Assembly: GCF_051201565.1 (NCBI RefSeq)
Contig: NZ_CP179200.1
Coordinates: forward strand, 810,001 to 842,000
Direction of reading: 5' to 3'
DNA length: 32,000 bases
From: Pseudothioglobus sp. nBUS_23
Lineage (GTDB): Bacteria > Pseudomonadota > Gammaproteobacteria > PS1 > Pseudothioglobaceae
Of this stretch, positions 9,614 through 17,754 are shown piece by piece (position 1 is the first letter of the stretch; every line of letters begins with the position of its first letter). The position numbers and the translations under genes are program-made. The notes below the pieces were generated by a model, which was not told the DNA's origin, made no database searches, and saw only the letters and a program-made list of their open reading frames with translations.

Positions 9614-10322
9614 TAAAACTTATTTTTTGCCAGAGCATGTTGGTTTTTATAGTACCAATAGTAGCGAATCTTTGGTGTTTGATCTGAGTCAAAACATCAG
9701 TGAAATTTTGATAGAGGCTATTCAAGAGAGAGGACGCGCTAGTCTTGCAGTTTCTGGAGGAAGCACACCCAAGCCGCTGTTTGAAGAATTATCCCTTCTA
9801 AATATAGACTGGTCTAAAGTAGACCTGACTCTTGTTGATGATCGTTGGGTTGACTCTGACCACAAGGACAGCAATGAACTGCTAGTTAAAACGCACTTCA
9901 TAAAAAACAAAGCAGCAAAGGTTAATTTTATCCCCCTTAAAAATGATGCCAAAAGTGCAAAGGAGGGTGCTTCATTGAGCGAAGAGGCTCTCAAGGTTAT
10001 TGCTATGCCTTTTGACCTCATTATTTTAGGGATGGGTGCAGATGGCCATACAGCATCACTCTTTCCATGCTCTGAAGAGTTACCGATTGGAATGGACTTA
10101 AATACTAAGAGTCACTTGGTTGCAACAACTCCTAAAACGGCGCCACATGAACGGATTAGCCTAACTGCAAAATCTATTTTCGAGGCTAAGAGGGTTATTC
10201 TTCATCTAAATGGTTCCGCCAAGCTTCATACGCTTGAGGAAGCGATGAGCATAAGGGATTCGAGTAAAATGCCAATCTATGCTTTTCTAGAGCAAGGTCT
10301 CGATATTTTTTGGAGCCCATAA
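9603..10322 (+). CDS. pgl: 6-phosphogluconolactonase
   Basis: SGGSTP and LGMGADGHTASLFP motifs. I place the start at the ATG at 9603, overlapping the zwf stop. The ORF-track start at 9429 would lie inside zwf and is implausible. Confidence 0.9.
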   Translation: MRSSKTYFLPEHVGFYSTNSSESLVFDLSQNISEILIEAIQERGRASLAVSGGSTPKPLFEELSLLNIDWSKVDLTLVDDRWVDSDHKDSNELLVKTHFIKNKAAKVNFIPLKNDAKSAKEGASLSEEALKVIAMPFDLIILGMGADGHTASLFPCSEELPIGMDLNTKSHLVATTPKTAPHERISLTAKSIFEAKRVILHLNGSAKLHTLEEAMSIRDSSKMPIYAFLEQGLDIFWSP

Positions 10323-10416
10323 AAGTAGCGAATTGGTATATTAGCGAAAGACTTATTTGTTTTTAAAAAAGCAAGGGATAATATTAGTATCTTTATGCCA
10401 ATTTTATAAATAGTTT

Positions 10417-10740
10417 ATGAAAATTAATAATATCGATGGTGAGATTGTCAAAGACAACGAAACCTATCTCCTTAAAGATAACACCTCGCTTAAAAATCTT
10501 GTCGTCAGTTCAACGACTCTTCATCCAGGAAAATCCACCCGAGGGCATTCTCATCCAGGAAAAGAGGAAGTTTATATGATTATGAGTGGGACAGGAAGAA
10601 TGCAGCTCGATGATAACGAATTTAATATTTCAGGTGGCGAGATGATCCTAATCGAGGATGGTGTGTTTCACCGTGTCCACAATACTGGCGAAGAAGACCT
10701 ATACATGGTCTGTATTTTTGACGGAGACAGGAACCATTAG
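10417..10740 (+). CDS. Small single-domain metal-binding cupin; candidate sugar-phosphate isomerase from gene context only
   Basis: 107 aa. Cupin motif 1 is GKSTRGHSHPGKEEVYMIMSG (G-x5-HxH-x4-E-x6-G). Motif 2 is GEMILIEDGVFHRVHN (G-x5-[P>E]-x-G-x2-H-x3-N). Confidence 0.75.
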   Translation: MKINNIDGEIVKDNETYLLKDNTSLKNLVVSSTTLHPGKSTRGHSHPGKEEVYMIMSGTGRMQLDDNEFNISGGEMILIEDGVFHRVHNTGEEDLYMVCIFDGDRNH

Positions 10741-11722
10741 TAGCAAGCTCTACAATCTAGTTGGAGATATTGGAGCAACTAACGCTAGGTTTGCGCTGGT
10801 CTCTCCTGGGTCTTCTGAGATGGAAAATATACAAAGTTTGAAGTGCACAGACTTTGAAGATATTCAAAGTGCAATTCTTTTCTACCTTTCTGATCTCACA
10901 GGTATAGAAATTCAATCAGCCTGCTTTGCAACTGCTGGCACAGTTCATCTCGACGTCTTTAAGCTTGCAAATAACCACTGGGTTATCAGCAAAAAAGATG
11001 TTAAAAGTGCCCTAAAAGGAGTTGATGTGCAGTGGATCAATGACTTTACAGCGCAAGCCTTTGCTACGACTACGCTCGAAGATAGTGACGTTATCGTGAT
11101 CAATAAAGGCATTGTTGAGTCAGAAAAATTAAGACTAGTCATTGGACCAGGAACCGGATTAGGTGTCTGCGGTTTAATTATGTCAACCTCTGGCTGGCTC
11201 CCTATTGCAGGCGAAGGTGGCCACTCAGACTTTGCCCCGAATACCAGTCTTGAGTTTGAAATCCTGACTCTATTAACTAAAAAGTTTGGCCATGTGGCTG
11301 TTGAGAGAATTCTCTCGGGTCCTGGGATTATGAATCTTTATGAGGCGCTTTGTCATATTAACGGCAAAGAGATGGTTCACCAGTCTCCAGCCGATATAAC
11401 TGCATCAGCGGTGAATGGAGATAATGACCCATTGGCAGATGAAACTGTTCAGATGTTTTGTAAAATATTTGGCTCTGTAGCTGGCAGTATGGCCTTGACA
11501 GTTGGCGCACTAGGAGGCGTTTATATCACTAGCGATTTAGTCAGAAATTTTTTGGATATTTTTGTTGCAAGTGATTTCCAGAAAAGTTTCGAGAACAAGG
11601 GAAGGCTTAAACCTGTCCTTGAAGACATTCCCGTCTATCTTTCAAAAAAGAAAAATATGGGGCTCATTGGAACCGTATATCAAACAAACAATCAATGGAT
11701 TCAGAAAGGTTTTAAGATATAA
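10718..11722 (+). CDS. glk: Glucokinase
   Basis: LVGDIGATNARFAL matches the E. coli Glk N-terminus (ALVGDVGGTNARLAL), and the ROK/Glk fold runs throughout. The start is uncertain: TTG 10718 (used here), ATG 10658 (ORF track) or ATT 10736. Confidence 0.88.
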   Translation: MTETGTISSKLYNLVGDIGATNARFALVSPGSSEMENIQSLKCTDFEDIQSAILFYLSDLTGIEIQSACFATAGTVHLDVFKLANNHWVISKKDVKSALKGVDVQWINDFTAQAFATTTLEDSDVIVINKGIVESEKLRLVIGPGTGLGVCGLIMSTSGWLPIAGEGGHSDFAPNTSLEFEILTLLTKKFGHVAVERILSGPGIMNLYEALCHINGKEMVHQSPADITASAVNGDNDPLADETVQMFCKIFGSVAGSMALTVGALGGVYITSDLVRNFLDIFVASDFQKSFENKGRLKPVLEDIPVYLSKKKNMGLIGTVYQTNNQWIQKGFKI

Positions 11723-11740
11723 AAACCTTAATTTATTTTT
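11706..11740 (+). terminator. Weak AT-rich hairpin spanning the glk stop, followed by a T-rich tract
   Basis: AAGGTTTT (11706-11713) pairs with AAAACCTT (11722-11729) around an 8-nt loop, then AATTTATTTTT. Only 10 nt separate the convergent glk and cbiX-like stops. Confidence 0.35.
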
Positions 11741-12098
11741 CCATTGCAGTCTTCATTAAAAGCTCAGCAATTTCCTCTCTGGATCCAAAATAGTTCGTTA
11801 CATTAATTTCAAGATCAGGAAAATCTTGTGAGGCTTTGTTTACTTCATCTGGGATGTCTCTATTGATGTGAACCCCAGCTGAGAGAAAGTAGGGCAATAC
11901 GGTAACTCGTTGTGCTCCCATTTCAGAGCATTTTTCGATAGCCTCTGGGATGGAAGGGGAGGCAAACTCAAGAAAGGCAGGCATGACTTGGTCAAATTGA
12001 CTTGAATTAAATTTGAGCATTTTTTTTGATAAAGATTCAACTTCCAAGTTTGATTCCTCTCTTCTGCTTCCGTGTGCAACCAGCAATAAAATATTCAT
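11733..12098 (-). CDS. Small CbiX(S)-type class II chelatase (sirohydrochlorin ferro/cobalto-chelatase-like)
   Basis: 121 aa, a single CbiX domain. N-terminal LLVAHGSR catalytic His and a second conserved His in LSAGVHINRDIP. Confidence 0.75.
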   Translation of the reverse strand: MNILLLVAHGSRREESNLEVESLSKKMLKFNSSQFDQVMPAFLEFASPSIPEAIEKCSEMGAQRVTVLPYFLSAGVHINRDIPDEVNKASQDFPDLEINVTNYFGSREEIAELLMKTAMEK

Positions 12099-12187
12099 GT
12101 CATTTAGGATAAAATCTTAAATTGAAATAGTTGACTATTTTATAGGGTATCTTATCACGTTGAAAAAAATATATTAGAGGCAAGCCT

Positions 12188-13228
12188 TTGTACCAATGTT
12201 CGTCAATACATCAAACTGCTGGTCATTCCAAGATAGGAATTCTATTATCTAACTTGGGCACTCCAGATGCGCCAACCAAGAAAGCAGTTAAGCCCTATCT
12301 AAGACAGTTCTTGTCTGATACGCGGGTTATTGAGCCACCCCCGCCACGATGGGTCTGGAAAATAATTCTTAATGCCGTCATTCTAAATTTAAGACCCAGA
12401 AAGTCTGCCAAAGCCTATCAAACGGTTTGGGATACTCATGGTGAAGGCTCCCCACTCTTATCGATAGCGAAAAGCCAAAAGGCAGCTATTATTTCAGAAC
12501 TTGAAAAAAGAGCTCCTGGGCAATATGAGGTCGCACTCGGTATGTGTTATGGAAACCCTTCAATGAAATCAGCGCTGGATGAGTTAGAGGAAAAAGGCTG
12601 TAAAAAAATCATTGTTCTTCCTTTGTATCCTCAGTACGCAGCCTCATCTACCGGCTCCGTTTTTGATGCAGTGGCTAAGGAGTTGTTAGTCTGGAGAAAT
12701 GTACCTGACCTCAGATTCATCAGCAACTACAGTGAAGAGGAGATGTATATTGATGCACTTGCAAACAGCGTAAAGGAGTATCAAAAAAAACACGGCAAAC
12801 CTGACTTTCTGTTAATGTCTTATCATGGCATTCCTAAGAGGTATTTTGACAATGGAGATAACTACCCATGCCAATGCTGCAGAACAACCTTTCGCTTAGC
12901 TCAAAAATTAGATTTAAAGCCCAACGAGTACCAGATGACATTTCAATCAAGGCTTGGCGTAGCAGAGTGGATGAAGGAATATACCGATCAAACATTGAAA
13001 TCTTTGCCCAGCAAAGGCATCAAAAATGTTCAGGTGATTTGTCCTGGGTTTTCCGCCGACTGCCTTGAGACCATTGAGGAGATCAGTGAGGAGAACAAAG
13101 AGTACTTTATGGAGTCAGGTGGTGAAAGTTTTGGCTATATACCAGCACTTAATGACAGGACTGACCACATTGATTTTTTGAGTCAGCTACTGATTGACAA
13201 TTCAGCTGGCTGGACTAAGTCAAAATGA
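12188..13228 (+). CDS. hemH: Ferrochelatase
   Basis: 346 aa. GILLSNLGTPDAP, LPLYPQY and SYHGIP motifs. TTG start 7 nt after AGAGG. Confidence 0.93.
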   Translation: MYQCSSIHQTAGHSKIGILLSNLGTPDAPTKKAVKPYLRQFLSDTRVIEPPPPRWVWKIILNAVILNLRPRKSAKAYQTVWDTHGEGSPLLSIAKSQKAAIISELEKRAPGQYEVALGMCYGNPSMKSALDELEEKGCKKIIVLPLYPQYAASSTGSVFDAVAKELLVWRNVPDLRFISNYSEEEMYIDALANSVKEYQKKHGKPDFLLMSYHGIPKRYFDNGDNYPCQCCRTTFRLAQKLDLKPNEYQMTFQSRLGVAEWMKEYTDQTLKSLPSKGIKNVQVICPGFSADCLETIEEISEENKEYFMESGGESFGYIPALNDRTDHIDFLSQLLIDNSAGWTKSK

Positions 13229-14070
13229 AAATTGTTATTCTGGGCGGCACAGGCTTAATAGGAAATGCTCTTCAAAAAAGCTTTTCAAACGAGCATCAGG
13301 TTCATTGTTTTAATAGAGAGGCATTTCAATCGGTTGAGCATCTTGCGTTATTAGTTGAGGGCAGTGATTTAGTCATTCAACTCTCAGGCTCCACGATTTC
13401 AAAAAGATGGTCCAATAAAATTGTCAAAGAGATGTGGCAAAGCAGGGTGGATACAAACCAAATGCTCTCTGAAGTAGTTCAGTCATTAAGCACCAAACCC
13501 AGAGTGATATGCGCTTCAGGCATTAGCTTTTATGCAGAATCAAGTTGCAATGATCCAAAAACTGAAGAGGATCCAAAAGGTGATGGTTACCTGACAAACT
13601 TAAATATTGCCATTGAGGACGCAGCAAAATCGATATCAGATGATGTCATTATCCTAAGATTTGGCGTTGTTCTCTCAAGACAGGGTGGCGCGCTCCAAAA
13701 ACTCTATTGGCCATACTATTTTGGTGTGGGTGGCCCAATTATGTCGGGAAACCAATGTTTTTCCTGGATTCATATAAAAGACCTAGTTAAAGCAATTCAT
13801 TTTCTTATTGAGAATCCTGAAAGCAAAGGAGTCTATAACGTCACCTCTCCAGAGCCCGTTCCTCAAAAAATTTTTGGTAAGGCTCTAGCTAAGGCCTTAA
13901 AGAGGCCATTCTTAATCCCGGTTTGGGAGTGGCAATTGAAAATCCTTCTAGGTAAAGGTTCTGAGGTTTTGACTCTCAGTGCATCTGTTATCCCCAAAAG
14001 ATTACTTGATGATGGTTTTGTTTTTGACTATCCCAGCGTTGACCGCGCAATGAAAGAGTTGATAGGCTGA
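13225..14070 (+). CDS. TIGR01777/YfcH-like NAD-dependent epimerase-family protein (SDR fold plus DUF1731)
   Basis: N-terminal ILGGTGLIGNAL Rossmann motif and a C-terminal VIPKRLLDDGFVFDYP DUF1731-like tail. ATGA start/stop overlap with hemH. Confidence 0.8.
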   Translation: MKIVILGGTGLIGNALQKSFSNEHQVHCFNREAFQSVEHLALLVEGSDLVIQLSGSTISKRWSNKIVKEMWQSRVDTNQMLSEVVQSLSTKPRVICASGISFYAESSCNDPKTEEDPKGDGYLTNLNIAIEDAAKSISDDVIILRFGVVLSRQGGALQKLYWPYYFGVGGPIMSGNQCFSWIHIKDLVKAIHFLIENPESKGVYNVTSPEPVPQKIFGKALAKALKRPFLIPVWEWQLKILLGKGSEVLTLSASVIPKRLLDDGFVFDYPSVDRAMKELIG

Positions 14071-14129
14071 AAAATATAATCCTGTGGTAAAATATGCCTA
14101 ATTTTCACACTGTAACATTGTTCTTTTAG

Positions 14130-14156
14130 ACTTTCCATTCTGGAAAGTTTTTTTTA
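14130..14156 (+). terminator. Rho-independent terminator
   Basis: ACTTTCCA-TTC-TGGAAAGT stem-loop followed directly by TTTTTTTT. Confidence 0.7.
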
Positions 14157-14174
14157 TTTATTTTTGGAGAAAAT

Positions 14175-14660
14175 ATGAAAGTTAGTAAGGATAAAGTTGT
14201 TTCAATGCACTACACTCTTAAAAATGATGCAGGAGATGTCATAGATTCATCTGAAGGCAAAGAGCCTTTGGACTTTTTGCAAGGTCACGGCAACATTATC
14301 CCTGGCTTAGAGTCTGCTCTGGAAGGGGCAAGCAAAGGTGATAAAATGGATGTCTCTGTTGAGCCTGAGGAAGGGTATGGACTTAAAATGGAAGACGCAA
14401 TTCAAGAAATTCCAAGATCCGCTCTTCAGGGTATTGACGAAGTTACAGTTGGAATGCAACTTCAGTCCCAAGACCAAGATGGAAATGCATTTGTTGTTAC
14501 TGTGACAAAGCAAGATGAAGAAAAGATCACTGTTGACGCAAATCACCCTTTAGCGGGTGAAACCCTTCATTTTTCTGTCAGCATTGAAGACATAAGAGAT
14601 GCTGAAGCCGAAGAGCTCTCGCACGGCCATGTCCATTCTGCTGGTGGGCACTCTCATTAA
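14175..14660 (+). CDS. slyD: FKBP-type peptidyl-prolyl cis-trans isomerase SlyD
   Basis: 161 aa. MKVSKDKVVSMHYTLK, an FKBP domain with IF insert, HPLAGETLHF, and a short His-rich tail HGHVHSAGGHSH. GGAG ribosome-binding site. Confidence 0.9.
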   Translation: MKVSKDKVVSMHYTLKNDAGDVIDSSEGKEPLDFLQGHGNIIPGLESALEGASKGDKMDVSVEPEEGYGLKMEDAIQEIPRSALQGIDEVTVGMQLQSQDQDGNAFVVTVTKQDEEKITVDANHPLAGETLHFSVSIEDIRDAEAEELSHGHVHSAGGHSH

Positions 14661-14684
14661 TCAATAAGACTGATAGCGGACTAA

Positions 14685-15347
14685 GTGGCAGCTCAAAGCA
14701 CTTGTCCGCTATGCTCATCTAAAAACTATTCTCTTTTTCATAAAGATCATTTACGTAAGTATTTGCAATGCCTAAACTGTGAGTTTGTTTTTGTCCCATC
14801 TCAGTATCACTTATCAGAGTCTGAAGAGAGAAAGAGGTACGACACTCACAACAACAACCCAAAAGATCCTCGTTATCGTCAATTCCTGGGTCAGCTCACT
14901 GAGCCACTGAATGAGATTATTTCAAGTGACTCATATGGCCTTGATTTTGGTTGTGGGCCAGGACCAACACTCTCTTTGATGATGCAAGAGAAGGGGCATC
15001 AAATGGATGTATATGACAAGTTTTATGCTAAGAATCAATCAGTCTTTAAGAAATCATTTGATTTTATTACGCTAACTGAAGTTTTAGAGCATCTCTCCGA
15101 CCCAGTTTTTGAGTTAGAGAGACTAGCTTCCATTCTAAAGTCCAAAGGCATTCTTGCAGTAATGACGCAAACACTTACGAAGGATATAGATTTTGACTCA
15201 TGGTACTACAAAAATGACCCTTCACATATCGGCTTTTACAATGATAAATCATTAACGGGCTTGGCAAGTCTTTTAGAGCTTGAGATAACGCAGTTTTCAG
15301 ACCGAGTTATATTTTTTAAAAAGAGTCAAGCCAGTATATTCAGATAG
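14685..15347 (+). CDS. Class I SAM-dependent methyltransferase with an N-terminal CxxC...CxxC zinc ribbon
   Basis: 220 aa. CPLC..(x19)..CLNC, then LDFGCGPG (SAM motif I). GTG is the only possible start, because an in-frame TAA lies at 14682. Confidence 0.8.
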   Translation: MAAQSTCPLCSSKNYSLFHKDHLRKYLQCLNCEFVFVPSQYHLSESEERKRYDTHNNNPKDPRYRQFLGQLTEPLNEIISSDSYGLDFGCGPGPTLSLMMQEKGHQMDVYDKFYAKNQSVFKKSFDFITLTEVLEHLSDPVFELERLASILKSKGILAVMTQTLTKDIDFDSWYYKNDPSHIGFYNDKSLTGLASLLELEITQFSDRVIFFKKSQASIFR

Positions 15348-16285
15348 CTCTGGTAACGGTTTGGATTAATTTTGCCTTGATCTAGTGACACTTTAACGGC
15401 GCAATTGGGCTCATTGATGTGTCTGCAGTCTCTAAAGCGGCAGGCATCAGATAAAGCCCTAAACTCTTTAAAGCCGCTCTTGATTTCAAGTTCAGTTAAG
15501 CTGTCAAGTTGAAACTCTCTAACCCCTGGAGAGTCAATCAAATCACCACCGCTAGGTATATGGTAAATGGTCGTATTGGTGGTCGTGTGTTTGCCCAGTT
15601 TGCTTTTGCTTGAAATCTCGTTGACTCTGAGCTGTAAATCAGGAATCAAGGAGTTAATGAGTGAGGATTTCCCAACGCCAGATTGACCTAAAAAAATGTG
15701 AGATTTGTTAACTAATTGCTCCTTAAAAAAACCAAGGTTAATTTGCTTTTTAACACTTAAGAAATGAACATCATAGCCAAGAGATTGATAATTTAGAAAG
15801 TCGTCCTCAGTTTTACTCTTATTGGTTGAGAGTTCAATCTTATTAACAATAATCCCTATAGGAAGATTGGAGTTTTCAGCCATAATCAGGTAGCGATCGA
15901 TGAGTTCAAATTCATAGTGAGGTTCTATGGCAACAACAAGCCATAATTGATCAATGTTGGCTGCAATCAATTTGTCTTGTCTTTTGAGCTCGCTGTCTCT
16001 AGGATAGATAGCAGTCACAATAGCATCATCGTGTTTTGTTTTTTGAAAAAGAACCTTGTCACCTGCAACAGAGAACCCAATGTTTTGTCTGCTTACAGAC
16101 TGAAAGACTATCCCATTTTCATCTTCAACGAGCTGACGTTGACCATATCTCGTTATTACTATTCCTTGGTACTCTTTTTCATCATCGAGCTCTGATTCAG
16201 CTTTTAAAGCTGCTTTGTCAGCACGAGCAATCTTCTCCGATTGTACTTTATTGATGCGCCATTTTTGTTTTCTTGTTAATGGCAC
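15326..16285 (-). CDS. rsgA: Ribosome small-subunit-dependent GTPase A
   Basis: 319 aa. Circularly permuted GTPase with NKIEL (G4) before GQSGVGKSSLIN (G1), and a C-terminal Zn knuckle CRFRDCRHINEPNCAV. Confidence 0.92.
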   Translation of the reverse strand: MPLTRKQKWRINKVQSEKIARADKAALKAESELDDEKEYQGIVITRYGQRQLVEDENGIVFQSVSRQNIGFSVAGDKVLFQKTKHDDAIVTAIYPRDSELKRQDKLIAANIDQLWLVVAIEPHYEFELIDRYLIMAENSNLPIGIIVNKIELSTNKSKTEDDFLNYQSLGYDVHFLSVKKQINLGFFKEQLVNKSHIFLGQSGVGKSSLINSLIPDLQLRVNEISSKSKLGKHTTTNTTIYHIPSGGDLIDSPGVREFQLDSLTELEIKSGFKEFRALSDACRFRDCRHINEPNCAVKVSLDQGKINPNRYQSYLNILA

Positions 16286-16297
16286 TCTGGAAAGGAT

Positions 16298-17542
16298 TTA
16301 TTGTAATCTTTCAATTCTAAGAACCGCGCTAGGGTGAGAGTCATGAAAAGCAGAATAATATTTATCTGGAGATAGTGAAGAAGAGTTCTCCTTATAAAGC
16401 TTAATGAGAGATGAAATCAAGTCTTTTGCATCGGTATGGCTCGCCGCAAAGGCATCTGCCTGAAACTCATGCTTTCTAGACATCAGGTTGCTGATTGGGG
16501 TAATAAAAAAGCTAAAGACTGGCAGTGTCAAGCTAAACAAAACGAGAGCAGCGTGGGAAGAGGGCTGATTAACTCCAAGTCCATTGAAAAACCAAGGCTG
16601 ATTAATGAGATATCCCAAAAGCGCAAGACTTACAAAGCTAAAGATAAAAGAACTGATCATTCTTTGTCGCGTGTGCTTATGATGGAAGTGGCCTAGTTCA
16701 TGGGCCAGTATCGCTTCAATCTCCTTATCTTCCATTCCTTTAAGAAGTGTATCGAAAAAAACAATTCTTTTGTTTTTACCAATCCCTGTGAAATAGGCAT
16801 TTCCGTGGGATGATCTTTTTGATCCATCCATAACAAAAATACCATCACTCCCAAACCCAGTTCTCTCTAGAAGGTTTGTAATTCTTGCTTTTAAAGTTTC
16901 ATTATCCAAAGGATTAAATTTATTAAAAAATGGAGCAATAAAAGAAGGGTAAATCCACATCATAAACAAAGAAAAGACGGTGATGATAGCCCATACATAG
17001 ATCCACCAATACTTTCCAATAGTTTCAAAATTCATCAAGAATAAAATCGCATAGATTAAAGGCAGCACAAGAACAAGACTTAAAATTAACTCTTTGATCA
17101 GGTCGCCAGCGAACGTACCAATAGTCATCCGATTGAAACCAAATTTTTGTTCAAGAACAAAATTCCTATAAATGCTAAATGGCAAATCAATAAAACTAGC
17201 AATCAGCATAATGCTTAAGATAAAGAAAGTGCCCATCAAAACTGGATCCATAACTCTCTCTGACCAAAAGCCATCTATCAAGTTCATGGCTCCCCCCAGT
17301 GTCCATAACAAAAGAACAATGGTTGAAAAAATGATTTCAAAATGATTGAGTCTGAGCTTAGCCCTAGTGTAGTTCCCTGCTTTCTGATGGTCTTCGAGTT
17401 TGATCGTCTCATTAAAGCCCTCAGGTACTTTGTCGAAGGAGATAGTGATGGCTCTGTCTTGCCTAAAGTTCAACCAAAGCAAAGCAACCACTGAGGTTAG
17501 GATAGCAAACAAAAATATAAATGTAAAAAAATTAAATTCCAT
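16298..17542 (-). CDS. M48-family (Ste24/HtpX-like) integral-membrane zinc metallopeptidase
   Basis: 414 aa and multi-TM. HELGHFHHKH (HExxH) motif. It ends 12 nt upstream of rsgA on the same strand. Confidence 0.88.
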   Translation of the reverse strand: MEFNFFTFIFLFAILTSVVALLWLNFRQDRAITISFDKVPEGFNETIKLEDHQKAGNYTRAKLRLNHFEIIFSTIVLLLWTLGGAMNLIDGFWSERVMDPVLMGTFFILSIMLIASFIDLPFSIYRNFVLEQKFGFNRMTIGTFAGDLIKELILSLVLVLPLIYAILFLMNFETIGKYWWIYVWAIITVFSLFMMWIYPSFIAPFFNKFNPLDNETLKARITNLLERTGFGSDGIFVMDGSKRSSHGNAYFTGIGKNKRIVFFDTLLKGMEDKEIEAILAHELGHFHHKHTRQRMISSFIFSFVSLALLGYLINQPWFFNGLGVNQPSSHAALVLFSLTLPVFSFFITPISNLMSRKHEFQADAFAASHTDAKDLISSLIKLYKENSSSLSPDKYYSAFHDSHPSAVLRIERLQ

Positions 17543-17754
17543 TGATACAAATTTTCTTAAGAGATAACAAATTATACCTAGCCAATTTATAGATATTTAT
17601 GATTGAATTCTCAAATTATTTTCAGTTATATTTCAGTTATTATGAGGTTTAACTAGCTAATTTAATTGCAAAAAATCAAATGAGAGATATTGAATGAATA
17701 TCTATATGAGATGGGTATAATTTCGTGATTAATGTTTAATTTTGATAAAGTTTT

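Noticed and set aside
9722-10021. A 99-aa minus-strand ORF
   Set aside because: It is antisense to pgl, with Ser/Leu-rich composition typical of shadow ORFs.
10658-10717. An ATG-initiated extension of glk overlapping the cupin gene
   Set aside because: The extension (MVCFTVSTILAKK...) has no Glk homology and lies inside the conserved cupin motif-2 coding region. I kept it only as an alternative start.
11840-12079. A 79-aa minus-strand ORF in an alternate frame of the CbiX-like gene
   Set aside because: The 11733-12098 frame carries the CbiX motifs. The alternate frame has none.
14622-14660. The His-rich tail of SlyD as a possible unusual metal-binding peptide
   Set aside because: His-rich C-termini are a standard SlyD feature (nickel binding). 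This one is simply short.
15947-16696. Plus-strand ORFs 15947-16195, 16036-16254 and 16436-16696
   Set aside because: They are antisense to rsgA and the M48 peptidase gene, with no motifs.
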